This document shows, piece after piece, positions 10,502 to 22,011 of a stretch of 51,350 nucleotides of DNA. Position numbers and translations under genes: made by a program. Within the stretch, counting starts at the first letter, position 1. Every line of letters starts with the position of its first letter. This DNA comes from Bradyrhizobium sp. (GTDB taxonomy: Bacteria; Pseudomonadota; Alphaproteobacteria; Rhizobiales; Xanthobacteraceae): contig DATGJS010000120.1 of assembly GCA_035295025.1 (NCBI GenBank), positions 1 through 51,350 on the forward strand, written 5' to 3'. The notes beneath the pieces were generated by a model. It saw only the letters and a list, made by a program, of their open reading frames with translations, made no database searches and was not told the origin of the DNA.

Positions 10502-10894
10502 ATGAGTGATTCGCTCGAACGGCTTTATCTGGCGGTGCTCGCGGCCAAGGATCTCGATCCGGCGGTTTCGCGGACGGCAAGGCTGTTTCAGCGTGGGCCG
10601 GACAAGATGGCCAAAAAGCTCGCCGAGGAAGCCATCGAAGTCGTCATCGACGCGGTCAACGGCAAGACCGAGGCCGTCATCAGCGAGAGCGCCGATCTAC
10701 TTTATAATCTCACGGTGCTTTGGGCCGCTGCCGGCGTTCGTCCCGAAGACGTCTGGCGCGAGATGGAGCGGCGCGAGCATCTGCTCGGGATCGCCGAGAA
10801 GATGCCGAAATCGCCGGTCAAGGTCGCTCCGCCCCCGTTGGAGCGGCGGCCCATTGTCGCGCTCGAAGGCCGCGTCTTGCGCAAGCGGCACTAA
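10502..10894 (+). CDS. hisE: Phosphoribosyl-ATP diphosphatase (orphan copy)
   Basis: SRTARL, KKLAEEAIE, ESADLLYNL (PRA-PH/MazG-like fold). Confidence 0.88.
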   Translation: MSDSLERLYLAVLAAKDLDPAVSRTARLFQRGPDKMAKKLAEEAIEVVIDAVNGKTEAVISESADLLYNLTVLWAAAGVRPEDVWREMERREHLLGIAEKMPKSPVKVAPPPLERRPIVALEGRVLRKRH

Positions 10895-10956
10895 GCTTCA
10901 GCTCCCCCGCTTTCCGGCATGGACAAAGCCATCTTATTGTGATGGTTCATCGCGCC

Positions 10957-11538
10957 ATGCTGAGACGGATTTACGATTGGTGCATCGACGCCGCCGATAA
11001 GCCTCACGCGTTGTGGATTTTAGGGGCGGTTGCTTTCGCGGAAAGTTCCTTTTTTCCGATTCCGCCCGATATCATGCTGCTGCCGATGTCGCTGGCGCGC
11101 CCGGCCCGGGCGTGGCTGTTTGCGACAATGTGCACGATTGCCTCCGTTGCCGGCGGCGTGCTCGGTTACGCCATCGGGGCTCTCCTTTATGATTCGGTGG
11201 GGCAATGGCTGATCCAACTCTATCATCTCAGCGGCAAGGTCGAAGCCTTTCGCGCCTCCTATGCCGAATGGGGCAGCGTGATCATTTTGCTGAAGGGGTT
11301 GACGCCGATTCCCTACAAGCTCGTCACGATCACCTCGGGCTTTGCGGGCTACAACATCTGGCTGTTCATCCTGTGCTCGATCATTGCCAGGGGCGGCCGG
11401 TTTTTCTTCGTCGCCGTCCTGCTCAACCGCTATGGCGATGCGATCCGCGCCGAAGTCGAGAAACGTTTGGGCCTGTGGGTCTGCGTCCTCGCGCTCGTGC
11501 TCGTCGCGGGCTTCGTTGCCGCCTTCAAGCTGATTTGA
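10957..11538 (+). CDS. YqaA/DedA (VTT) family membrane protein
   Basis: FAESSFFPIPPD, TPIPYK and RGGRFF motifs. Confidence 0.9.
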   Translation: MLRRIYDWCIDAADKPHALWILGAVAFAESSFFPIPPDIMLLPMSLARPARAWLFATMCTIASVAGGVLGYAIGALLYDSVGQWLIQLYHLSGKVEAFRASYAEWGSVIILLKGLTPIPYKLVTITSGFAGYNIWLFILCSIIARGGRFFFVAVLLNRYGDAIRAEVEKRLGLWVCVLALVLVAGFVAAFKLI

Positions 11539-12074
11539 AGCGCGGCATCACGTTTCTGGCCGTGGCGAGGATCGCCATGGCGGCCTTGATATGGCTGGCC
11601 GCCGCCGGCACAGGCTGGTCGCAAAACGTTTCCCCGCCGCCGGCCCCGCCACCGAGCGGACCAGAGACCCTGCCGCCGCGCGAAGAAAGCCCCGGCGTTT
11701 TCAACGAAATGGGGAAAATGCTCGAAAAGTCGCTGTCGATCCTGCCGCCGCTCAAAAGTCCAAGCGAGACGCTCGACGATCTCAATACCCGCGCCAAGGA
11801 GGCAGCGAAAGATGCGGGCGAAAGCCTGTCGCGTCTGGCCAGGCCGGCTTCCGTGGCCACGGGCCGTGTGAAATGCCCGCCATCGCCGAACGGTGCCTCC
11901 GACTGCAAAGTCGCGGCCGATGCGCTGTGCCAGGCCAAGGGTTTCAAGGAGGGCAAAAGCCTGACGACGGATTCGGTGGAAGCCTGTTCGCCGAAAGTGC
12001 TGATTCCCGGACGGGCTCGAAAGCCCGACGATTGCCACACCGATAATTACGTCAGCCGCGCGCTGTGCCAATAA
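11535..12074 (+). CDS. Hypothetical secreted protein with a Pro-rich linker and a six-Cys C-terminal domain
   Basis: TTG overlapping the upstream stop (alternative ATG 11577); signal peptide; six Cys. Confidence 0.7.
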   Translation: MKRGITFLAVARIAMAALIWLAAAGTGWSQNVSPPPAPPPSGPETLPPREESPGVFNEMGKMLEKSLSILPPLKSPSETLDDLNTRAKEAAKDAGESLSRLARPASVATGRVKCPPSPNGASDCKVAADALCQAKGFKEGKSLTTDSVEACSPKVLIPGRARKPDDCHTDNYVSRALCQ

Positions 12075-12133
12075 AGCGGCGCCTCGTGGTTTTGCGAGGC
12101 GGCGTGACGGCCTTTGTGAGGTACTCTCGCGCT

Positions 12134-12149
12134 TTAACGCGCCATTAAC
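12134..12149. promoter_or_regulatory. CtrA binding site
   Basis: TTAA-CGCGCCA-TTAAC, exact TTAA-N7-TTAAC consensus, ~70 bp upstream of ATG 12220. Confidence 0.7.
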
Positions 12150-12219
12150 CAAGCCCGCCCAAAATTCATGGAGCGCTCGCCGCAAGCTTTTTGCGGTCGC
12201 GCGGTCGAAGGGACGGGAC

Positions 12220-12468
12220 ATGGATTGCGAGACGCTTGTTGCGAAAAAGCCGGCGACGCTCGAGGAGATCAGGCGACGGGTCGCCTGTGCGCTGGAGCGT
12301 CACCCGCTGTGTCGTGACGTGCAATTCGACATCGTCAGCATGCCCCGCTCCAACAAAGGCGGAAACTGGACCATCAGTCTGCGAACGGTCGCACCCGATG
12401 CGCTTTGGGAGGCCTCCGACATCGTTGCCGACATCCAGGATGCTTACGAGCTGACCGCGGCGGCCTGA
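12220..12468 (+). CDS. Small hypothetical protein (82 aa)
   Basis: GGGACGGGAC RBS-like sequence before the ATG, host-like codon usage, fills the intergenic space. Confidence 0.7.
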   Translation: MDCETLVAKKPATLEEIRRRVACALERHPLCRDVQFDIVSMPRSNKGGNWTISLRTVAPDALWEASDIVADIQDAYELTAAA

Positions 12469-12588
12469 TCCCACCCCCCTTCTTCTCCTTTGGCCGTCAT
12501 GCGCCATCGCGGCGGCATGGTTAAGCCTTAATTCCCGCCCGATTATCGGCGATGTCCCTCCAATCCAACGCAAAAAACGGAGCGTTAC

Positions 12589-13251
12589 CTGTCCAAAGCT
12601 GTGACCATGATCGCGCTGACTTGCTTCCTCATCGTTGGAGCGGCGGGCGCCGCTATTCTGGGGCGCGATAGCGTGCCCGCGGCGGGCGCGGCGATGCCGC
12701 CCTCCGCCGTTTTCGGCGGTTCCATTTCCAATTGGGAAGGCAAGGGAGACCGGTTGGATGTCGCTTCAACGGCCTCCGCTCCGAGCGAGCCGCCGCAAAC
12801 CGGCGCGATCCCAAGCGATCCGATGCGGCCCGCCTTGGCTGCGGATAACTCGCCGCGCGAAGCCGAAGCGCTCAAGACCACCGATCGCCTTGCGGCGCGG
12901 CCGATGTCCAAGCCGAAGCTTGCGTCCAAGCCGCCATCGCAGAAATCCTATGCGCTTTTGAGCGAAGCGCAGATCGCCGGTATCAAGGATCGGTTGCGGC
13001 TTTCGCCGTCGCAGGAATCCTATTGGCCGGCGGTGGAAAACGCGCTGCGCGCCGTGGCCCGCAGGATTCACGCTACCCGGCAGGCCGAGCCGAACGGCAC
13101 GGCCGCGCCGATCGATCCGCAAGCCGAGGAAGTCCAGCAATTGAAGTCGGCCGCGATGCCGCTGTTGTTCCAGCTTCGTGAAGATCAAAAGCGCGAGGTG
13201 CGCGCGCTCGCCCGCTTGATCGGCCTGGAGAAAGTGGCGGCGGCGATCTGA
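12589..13251 (+). CDS. Hypothetical exported or membrane-anchored protein with a helical (Spy/LTXXQ-like) C-terminus
   Basis: N-terminal hydrophobic segment; LRLSPSQESYW and LREDQK; start uncertain (CTG 12589 after GGAG, GTG 12601 or ATG 12607). Confidence 0.7.
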   Translation: MSKAVTMIALTCFLIVGAAGAAILGRDSVPAAGAAMPPSAVFGGSISNWEGKGDRLDVASTASAPSEPPQTGAIPSDPMRPALAADNSPREAEALKTTDRLAARPMSKPKLASKPPSQKSYALLSEAQIAGIKDRLRLSPSQESYWPAVENALRAVARRIHATRQAEPNGTAAPIDPQAEEVQQLKSAAMPLLFQLREDQKREVRALARLIGLEKVAAAI

Positions 13252-13314
13252 AAACCGGCTATCGGTTCAGGCCGGTCCGCGAGCGTTTTGCGTTCGGGTG
13301 AGCTGGCGATGATT

Positions 13315-14364
13315 TCAGGCCGCGATTTCATCGTCGTCCGGCGCTTCCATAACCGTTCGATTCCGCCCCGCCCTCTTGGCCTGATAAAGCGCGCGATCGC
13401 ACCGCTCGATGAGGCTGTCCGCCGACTCCGCCATGCGGAACTGCGCCACACCGATCGAGACGGTAACGCTCGAAACCTCTTCGCCGGTGGTGCGCCGGGT
13501 CAACCGGGCTTCGGCGATGCGGCGGCGGATGCGTTCGGCCGCGTCGGCGCACGCATCGAGCGCCGCGTCGGGAAGGATTGCCATCAATTCCTCGCCGCCA
13601 TAACGCGCGGCAAGGTCACAGTCGCGGACATTCTCTTGCAAGATTTTGGCTACCAGCCGCAGCACCTGATCACCGACTTGATGCCCGAAGCTGTCGTTAA
13701 ACTGCTTGAAGTGATCGATATCGATCATCAGAATGCTGAGCGGGTTTCCCGTCTCCATCGCGGCGATCTGGGCCGAACGCAGGAATGCATCGAGCGAGCG
13801 CCGGTTGGCGAGCCCGGTGAGCGGATCGGTGTTGGAGTGCTGCTCGGCGAGTTTCAGCGAGTCCTTGATCTGGTCGAGGTCTTTCGTGGTCTTGAGAAAA
13901 TTCGCCTCCAGCGCCGACGATCTCGACGTCGCATTCGATAATTCGTTCATCAGCTTTTCGATGATCGACCTCGGATCGGCCGTGGGCCTGCATTGCGAGG
14001 AAACTTCGCCCAGCGTTTCAATCTGGGTGCGATTGTCGGAAATGGCGGTCGCCAGGAACTCCTTGGCGCTGGCGATGACAGCGCGCAATTGTTCCGGGAA
14101 ATTCTCGCTCGTGCCGCGGTCGGGATGAGGATTGATGTAGGTGACGTAGAGGTCGCGATTGACGACGGAATCGAATCGCCGCTTATTGGCAATCAGGACG
14201 TCGATGGTTTTTTTCAGCGCGAGCGAGCCGCCTATTGCATAGTAAAACCAGACTGCAAAATTGTCGGGTGTGGGCGGCACACCATGTTGCGACATGAATC
14301 GATTGGCGCGGTCCGCGATGCTGGTCGCGTAATCGAAGTCGATCTCGTCGAACGCGCTACCCAT
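13315..14364 (-). CDS. Cytoplasmic diguanylate cyclase (GGDEF)
   Basis: DPLTGLANR, DIDHFKQFND, RYGGEEL active site, RDCD (RxxD) I-site; no TM segment. Confidence 0.93.
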   Translation of the reverse strand: MGSAFDEIDFDYATSIADRANRFMSQHGVPPTPDNFAVWFYYAIGGSLALKKTIDVLIANKRRFDSVVNRDLYVTYINPHPDRGTSENFPEQLRAVIASAKEFLATAISDNRTQIETLGEVSSQCRPTADPRSIIEKLMNELSNATSRSSALEANFLKTTKDLDQIKDSLKLAEQHSNTDPLTGLANRRSLDAFLRSAQIAAMETGNPLSILMIDIDHFKQFNDSFGHQVGDQVLRLVAKILQENVRDCDLAARYGGEELMAILPDAALDACADAAERIRRRIAEARLTRRTTGEEVSSVTVSIGVAQFRMAESADSLIERCDRALYQAKRAGRNRTVMEAPDDDEIAA

Positions 14365-14709
14365 TCTGAGCGTCCATTCGCGCGGGCTTTGACTACGGCT
14401 TAAACCCCGCAAAGCCGACCATTTATTTTGTGAAAGGTTTTATCCGTAGATTCCCGTAAATCTGGCCCATTATCACAAAGCTTACCCGATCACCCTAAAG
14501 GATGATTTAAACATCGCGGTCAAAATGACCGCGTGTTCTCCAAACAGATGGAACCCCCGGAAGTATCGGCGTCATGGCCGCCGATGGCGGTTTCGCGAGT
14601 CGCCACTTCGGTCGCGCCCGCCATGCTCGGCGGCGGCCACACAATGCTTGGAAATGCCGCGCCATCCTGATCTTATCGTTGGATCACCTTCAACGTGATG
14701 GAGGGTCCG

Positions 14710-16167
<1,458 letters not shown>

Positions 16168-16334
16168 TCGGCCTGCCTCTGATGAAATTTTGGACGCGCG
16201 GATGATCCCGCTTTATCGCCCGAGGGATTTACGGTCGTGGGATTTGCGGTCGGGACCGCGGCGCGATAGGCTATTTCCGAGTAAAACCATGGATCGCCAA
16301 AACCATGGAAAGTGGCTGATCGAGGGAGGAACGC

Positions 16335-17249
16335 ATGCAAGAGCTGACGCCGGAAACCATCACAGATGCCGTATTGGACCAGATGGCCACGACTGCGGAC
16401 CCGCGGCTGAAGGCGATCATGGCTTCCGCCGTGAAACATCTGCATGCCTTCGCCAAGGATGTGAATCTCACGCCGGCCGAGTGGATCAAGGGCATCGCCT
16501 TCATGACCGCGGTCGGCAAGATTTGCACGCCGGCGCGGCAGGAATTCATCCTGCTTTCCGACACGCTCGGCCTGTCGGCGCTGGTCAACGGTTTGCACGA
16601 TACGACGGCGATGGAGGAAGGCACGCATACCAGCCTTCTGGGACCGTTTTACCGCGAGGCCTCGCCGCCGCTTGCCGCGGGCAGCCAGATTGCGCGGAAT
16701 GCCGCGCCGGGTTCGGAAATCGTGCTTTACGGTTATGTCAGCGATGTGAACGATAAGCCGATTGCCGGCGCCACCGTCTCGCTCTGGCAGACCAGCGCCA
16801 GCGGCCTTTACGATATCCAGGAGAATCCCAACGCGATCGATTATCGCGGCGTGTTCACGACCGACGCCAAAGGCCTCTTTATGTTGCGGACGGTGAAGCC
16901 GCTCGGCTATTCGATTCCGATGGACGGCCCGGTCGGCGAGATGGTGCGGGCGCAGCGGCGGCACGGCATGCGCCCCGCCCATATTCACTTCCTGGTCGGC
17001 GCGCCCGGCTACCGCGAATTGGTGACGGCGCTTTATCTGCGCGACGATCCGCATCTGGCCGACGACGTGGTGTTCGGATCGTCGGGCGATCTGGCGGTTG
17101 ACATCAATCCGAAAGACCCGGAGTGTCCTGTTCCGGGCCTGTCGAGCATCCGCTTCGACATGCGCCTGTCGCGCGAAACCGCGGCCGACCGGGCCGGCGG
17201 CCGTGTCGGAGCCGATCCGTCCGCGATTTTGAAGCAGCCGGCGTCATAA
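16335..17249 (+). CDS. Intradiol ring-cleavage dioxygenase (hydroxyquinol/catechol 1,2-dioxygenase family)
   Basis: RQEFILLSDTLGLS, LGPFY; Fe ligands in GLYD, GYSIP and RPAHIHF; GGAGG RBS. Confidence 0.92.
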   Translation: MQELTPETITDAVLDQMATTADPRLKAIMASAVKHLHAFAKDVNLTPAEWIKGIAFMTAVGKICTPARQEFILLSDTLGLSALVNGLHDTTAMEEGTHTSLLGPFYREASPPLAAGSQIARNAAPGSEIVLYGYVSDVNDKPIAGATVSLWQTSASGLYDIQENPNAIDYRGVFTTDAKGLFMLRTVKPLGYSIPMDGPVGEMVRAQRRHGMRPAHIHFLVGAPGYRELVTALYLRDDPHLADDVVFGSSGDLAVDINPKDPECPVPGLSSIRFDMRLSRETAADRAGGRVGADPSAILKQPAS

Positions 17250-17329
17250 ATCACCGTTGCCGGGACCGTGCGACGAGCCGCGGAACAATCCGGCGCGGGT
17301 AAATGAAAAATGTTGAGTGGGGAGGAACA

Positions 17330-18574
17330 ATGAAACGCAGAACGCTTCTTGGCGCGGCGATTGCCGTCACCGGCTTTGTGCTGGTCCCATCGGTTCACGC
17401 CCAACAGCCGCCGATCAAAATCGGCATGTCGATGGCGCAAACCGGGGGGCTCGCGGGCGGCGGCAAGGCCTCGCTGCTCGGCACCGAGATATGGCGCGAC
17501 GACATCAATGCCAGAGGCGGCCTGCTCGGCCGTAAGGTCGAGCTCGTCGTCTATGACGACAAATCGAGCGCCTCGGAGACGCCCGCGATCTATTCCAAGC
17601 TGCTCGACGTCGACAAGGTCGATCTGCTGTTTTCGCCTTACGCGACCGTGCCGACCGCGCCGATCATGCCGCTCGTCAAGCAGCGCGGCATGGTGTTGAT
17701 CGGAAACTTCTCGTTTCAGGTCAACAGCAAGATCGGCCACGACATGTGGTTCAACGTGGCGCCATGGGGCCCGGCCGATTCCTGGGCCAGCGCGTTTCTC
17801 GATATCGGCCAGAAGGTCGGTGGCAAGACGGTGGCGCTGCTCACCGCCGACCAGGAATTCGCGCAAAATCTCGCCAAGACCGCGCGCGAAGTCGCCACTA
17901 AACGCAACATGCCTGTTGTCTTCGATCAGGCCTATCCGCCGAACACGGTGGAATTCTCAGGCATCGTCCGCGCGCTCAAGGCCGCCAAGCCCGACATCGT
18001 CTATGTCGCGTCCTACCCGCCGGATTCGGCCGGTATCCTGCGCGCGATCAACGAGCTTGGGATCGGCGACAATGTCAAGCTGTTCGGCGGCGGCATGGTC
18101 GGATTGCAATTCGGCGCGGTGATGGAAAACCTCGGCTCGCTGCTCAACGGCGTCGTCAACTTCAACACCTGGCTGCCGGAACCCGGCATGTATTATGACG
18201 GCACCAAAGCGTTTTTCGAGACCTATTCGAAGCGCGCGGTGGAAGCCAAGGTCGATCCGCTCGGCTATTATCTCGCCCCGTTCGGCTATGCGAGCGGCCA
18301 ATTGATCGAAGCCGCCGTAAAGAGCGTAGGATCGCTCGACCAGAAGGCGATCGCGAAATATCTGCACGAACACGAAGTGGCGACCATTGTCGGTCCGATC
18401 GCGTTTTCGGCCGATGGTGAGCGCAAGGAGACCGCGACGCTGCAAGCGCAGTTCCAGGGCATCGTGGACAAGAGCATGGATCAATTCAAGAAGCCCGGCA
18501 AACAAGTGATTTTGTTTCCGGAGAAACTGAAATCCGGCAATCTCATCACGCCGTTCGAGGACGCGCGAAAATAA
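17330..18574 (+). CDS. ABC transporter substrate-binding protein (LivJ/HAAT type)
   Basis: Signal peptide KRRTLL, INARGGLLGRKVELVVYDD; GGAGG RBS. Confidence 0.9.
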   Translation: MKRRTLLGAAIAVTGFVLVPSVHAQQPPIKIGMSMAQTGGLAGGGKASLLGTEIWRDDINARGGLLGRKVELVVYDDKSSASETPAIYSKLLDVDKVDLLFSPYATVPTAPIMPLVKQRGMVLIGNFSFQVNSKIGHDMWFNVAPWGPADSWASAFLDIGQKVGGKTVALLTADQEFAQNLAKTAREVATKRNMPVVFDQAYPPNTVEFSGIVRALKAAKPDIVYVASYPPDSAGILRAINELGIGDNVKLFGGGMVGLQFGAVMENLGSLLNGVVNFNTWLPEPGMYYDGTKAFFETYSKRAVEAKVDPLGYYLAPFGYASGQLIEAAVKSVGSLDQKAIAKYLHEHEVATIVGPIAFSADGERKETATLQAQFQGIVDKSMDQFKKPGKQVILFPEKLKSGNLITPFEDARK

Positions 18575-18619
18575 GCCTTCGCGGGCGGGCAAGGACCGAT
18601 AAGAGGCGGGGGACCTCAC

Positions 18620-19501
18620 TTGGTGTCAATGGACCTGCTGCTTGATGCGGTGGTGATCGGCGTGCTGCTCGGCTGCTTCTATGCGGCCGTCAGCATCGGC
18701 CTGTCGGTTTCGTTCGGCCTGCTCGGCGTTCCCCATGTGGCGCATCCGGCCTTTCTGGTGCTCGCCTCCTATGCGGTCTATTTCCTCAACGACAGCTTCG
18801 ACATCGATCCGCTTCTGGCGGGACTTTTGATCACGCCGCTTTTGTTCGTGTTCGGTCTCCTCGCTTATCGGATCTATTACGAGACGTTCGCACGGCGCGG
18901 TAGCGACGCCGCCGTGCGCGGCATCGCGTTTTTCTTCGGCATCGCCTTTATCATCGAGGTCCTGATCATTCTGCATTTCGGCGTCGATCAGCGTTCGGTC
19001 ACCGCCTCCTATATCGGCAAGGCCTGGCGGTTCGGCGAGATGCGGATTCCGCTTCGGCTGTTGGTCGCTTTCGCCGTCGCCTCCGTCCTGACCGCTTTGC
19101 TGGCGCTTTATCTGTCCAAAACCTTCATGGGGCGCGCGATCCGCGCGGTCGCGCAGGATGAGGAGGCGGTGCGGCTGATGGGAGCCAATCCGGTGGCGAT
19201 CAAACAATGGGCGTTCGGGATCGCGACCGCCGTGCTCGGAATCGCGGGTGCGCTTCTGATCATCATCGCCCCGGTCGATCCGACGCTCGACCGCGCCTAT
19301 ATCGGGCGCACCTTCTGCGTCGTGGTCATGGCCGGACTGGGCAGCATGACCGGCACGCTGATCGCGGCCATCATCCTCGGCGTTGCCGAGACGATCGTCC
19401 TGACCACGCTCGGCGCCTCCTGGGCGCCGGCCATTTCCTTCGCGCTATTGCTCGGCGTTCTCGCCGTGCGGCCGCAGGGTCTGCTTGGCAGGCGGTCATG
19501 A
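18620..19501 (+). CDS. HAAT ABC permease (LivH-like)
   Basis: Multi-TM protein with GRAIRAVAQD...LMG motif; start may be ATG 18629. Confidence 0.9.
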   Translation: MVSMDLLLDAVVIGVLLGCFYAAVSIGLSVSFGLLGVPHVAHPAFLVLASYAVYFLNDSFDIDPLLAGLLITPLLFVFGLLAYRIYYETFARRGSDAAVRGIAFFFGIAFIIEVLIILHFGVDQRSVTASYIGKAWRFGEMRIPLRLLVAFAVASVLTALLALYLSKTFMGRAIRAVAQDEEAVRLMGANPVAIKQWAFGIATAVLGIAGALLIIIAPVDPTLDRAYIGRTFCVVVMAGLGSMTGTLIAAIILGVAETIVLTTLGASWAPAISFALLLGVLAVRPQGLLGRRS

Positions 19502-20457
19502 AACCAAGCAGCATCGCTTTTTGGGTCGGCGCGGCGCTGTTTTTGGCCGCCATCTTGTTGATGACGCAGCTCATCGGCAATGAATATCCGTTCTTCGCCG
19601 GTTACGTGATCCTGCAATTCATCGTGCTTGCGGTGGCGTGGAGCATTCTCGGTGGCTATGCGGGCTATGTGAATTTCGGCACCAGCGCGTTTTTCGGCGT
19701 CGGCGTTTATACCGCGGTATTGTTGTCCCAGGCGGTGGGCGCGCCGCTTTTGGTGCAGATCGCGGCCGCGGCGATCGTCGGCGCCGGTCTCGGTTTTGCC
19801 GTCGGGCTTTTGACGCTGCGCATGCAAGGCATTTTTTTCTCGATCGCCACGATTGCGCTCACCATCGTGATCGAGACCTCGGTGACCAATTGGCGCTATC
19901 TTGGCGGCGCGGCCGGCATTCAGATTCAGCGGCCGGCGGTCGTCGCACCGTTCCACAGTTACGTGCAGCTTCTGGTTTTCGTTCAAGCGCTCCTGGTCGT
20001 GGTCGCGGTTGCGGTGGCCCGCTACATTCAAAACTCCTGGATCGGCCGCGGCCTTCAGGCGCTCAAGGACGATGAATTCGCCGCCGAATGCACCGGCGTG
20101 CCGACCTTGCGGCTCAAAATGCTGGCCTGCGTGATTTCCGGCGCGTTGATGTGCGCGGCCGGCGCGCCGGCGGCGATGTATCTGCAATATGCCGATCCGG
20201 CTTCCGCCTTTAACCTGAACTACTCGGTCTCGGTGTTGGCGATGGCACTGATCGGCGGCACCGCGCATTGGGCGGGTCCGGTGATCGGCGCCATGCTGCT
20301 CGGCGTCACGCAACAACTTCTCGCCGTCACCATTTCCTCGGAGGTGAATGTGCTGGTGCTCGGAATCATGCTGGTTTTCTTTGTGGTCGCAGCTCCCGAG
20401 GGCATCATAGGGCTGTTTCGTCGCGCGGCCGGCCGGCGCGCGGAGGGCGAGGCATGA
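19498..20457 (+). CDS. HAAT ABC permease (LivM-like)
   Basis: GYAGYVNFG, GRGLQALKDDE..AECTGV, APEGIIG; ATGA overlap with the upstream gene. Confidence 0.9.
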   Translation: MKPSSIAFWVGAALFLAAILLMTQLIGNEYPFFAGYVILQFIVLAVAWSILGGYAGYVNFGTSAFFGVGVYTAVLLSQAVGAPLLVQIAAAAIVGAGLGFAVGLLTLRMQGIFFSIATIALTIVIETSVTNWRYLGGAAGIQIQRPAVVAPFHSYVQLLVFVQALLVVVAVAVARYIQNSWIGRGLQALKDDEFAAECTGVPTLRLKMLACVISGALMCAAGAPAAMYLQYADPASAFNLNYSVSVLAMALIGGTAHWAGPVIGAMLLGVTQQLLAVTISSEVNVLVLGIMLVFFVVAAPEGIIGLFRRAAGRRAEGEA

Positions 20458-21203
20458 ACGCCGCCGTCCCGACGGAATTTCCGCTGCTTCGGATCGAAGG
20501 ATTGACCAAACGCTTCGGCGGGTTCACTGCGCTCGACAATGTCAGCGTCGATATCAAAGCCGGCGAGCGCTTCGGGCTGATCGGTCCCAACGGTTCCGGC
20601 AAGACCACGTTGATCAATTGCATTTCCGGCGCGTTTCGGACCGAGCCCCAAACCGTGATGTTCCGCGGCGAGGACGTCACGCGCCTGCCGCCGCATTTGC
20701 GCACCCGCCGCGGCATCGCCCGCTCCTTTCAGATCCCGCGCCCGTTCAAGAGCATGACGGTTGCCGAAAATCTCATGGTGGCGCTCGATTTTACCAGCGC
20801 GGCCCATTTGCGCCTTTCGGTTGCCGATCACCGCGAGAACGCCATCGCTATTCTCAAGCAAATGGGGCTGTCGTCGAAGGCCGATAAATCCGTCACCAGC
20901 CTGAGCCAGGTGGAGTTGCGCAAGCTGGAGCTGGCGCGCGCCATGGCCACGCGTCCCAAGCTTTTGATCTCGGATGAGGCCATGGCCGGCCTTTCGGGTT
21001 CCGAGGTCGATGAGGTGCTGGATTTGCTGATGAGCATGGCGGGCCGGGATATCACCATCATCATGATCGAACACATCATGCAGGCGGTGATGCGTTTTTC
21101 GGAGCGCATCATGTGTTTGGATGCCGGCAAGATCATCGCGATCGGGCAGCCCGCTGAGGTCATGGCCAATTCGCGGGTGCAGGAGGCCTATCTTGGCACT
21201 TAG
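20454..21203 (+). CDS. HAAT ABC ATPase (LivG-like)
   Basis: GPNGSGKTT, GIARSFQ, ISDE, IEH. Confidence 0.92.
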   Translation: MNAAVPTEFPLLRIEGLTKRFGGFTALDNVSVDIKAGERFGLIGPNGSGKTTLINCISGAFRTEPQTVMFRGEDVTRLPPHLRTRRGIARSFQIPRPFKSMTVAENLMVALDFTSAAHLRLSVADHRENAIAILKQMGLSSKADKSVTSLSQVELRKLELARAMATRPKLLISDEAMAGLSGSEVDEVLDLLMSMAGRDITIIMIEHIMQAVMRFSERIMCLDAGKIIAIGQPAEVMANSRVQEAYLGT

Positions 21204-21927
21204 CCTTGCGATCCGCGACCTCGATGCCGGCTATGGCGCGGTGAAGGCGCTGCGCGGCGTCACGCTCGATGTGGCGGCGGGCGAGACCGTCGCGCTGCTC
21301 GGCACCAATGGCAACGGCAAAAGCACGCTGATGAAATGCATCATGGGTTTGGTGCGGCCGTGGCGCGGCACGGTGTCATTGACGATCGATGGCACCGCGC
21401 ACGACCTCTCCCGATTGTCCACGGAAGCGATTGTCGATCTCGGTGTCGCGCTGGTGCCGGAGGGGCGGCGGCTGTTTCCGCGGTTGACGGTTTTGGAAAA
21501 TCTGATGTTAGGGGCCTTTCGCCGCGCCGCCCGGGCCGATATCGCGCGCAATCTCGCGTTCGCCTTCGACACGTTCCCGCTTCTCAAGGAACGCTCGAAC
21601 CAGCTCGCCGGCACGATGTCGGGCGGCCAACAACAAATGCTGGCGATCGCGCGCGCACTGATGTCTTCGCCGCGCCTGCTTTTGATCGACGAGCCCTCGG
21701 TGGGGTTGTCGCCGCTTCTGGTATCGCAGATGATCGCCAAAATCGGCGAGCTCAGCCAACGCTTCGGCTTGACCGTGTTGATGGCCGAACAGAATTTCAA
21801 TCAGGCGGTCCGCATCGCCGATCGCGGTTACATCATCGTCCATGGCGAGATCGTGGTCGCGGCCAATGTGGACGAATTGCGCGGCAACGACATCGTCAAG
21901 CGGCTTTATCTCGGCGGCAGCGCGTGA
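21193..21927 (+). CDS. HAAT ABC ATPase (LivF-like)
   Basis: GTNGNGKST, VPEGRRLF, MSGGQQQML, IDEPSVGL; TTG start with AGGAGG RBS. Confidence 0.92.
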   Translation: MALSLAIRDLDAGYGAVKALRGVTLDVAAGETVALLGTNGNGKSTLMKCIMGLVRPWRGTVSLTIDGTAHDLSRLSTEAIVDLGVALVPEGRRLFPRLTVLENLMLGAFRRAARADIARNLAFAFDTFPLLKERSNQLAGTMSGGQQQMLAIARALMSSPRLLLIDEPSVGLSPLLVSQMIAKIGELSQRFGLTVLMAEQNFNQAVRIADRGYIIVHGEIVVAANVDELRGNDIVKRLYLGGSA

Positions 21928-21959
21928 CGAGATGGGTTGAATTGCAGCGCGGTCGTCTG

Positions 21960-21990
21960 ATCCCTCCCTTGCGAAGCAGGGGGGAGGGAT
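21960..21990. repeat. GC-rich palindrome (REP-like)
   Basis: ATCCCTCCC...GGGAGGGAT stem with an inner TGC-GAA-GCA hairpin, between the ABC ATPase and the MetE-like gene. Confidence 0.65.
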
Positions 21991-22011
21991 AAGAGCAACA
22001 AGGAGAACGGC

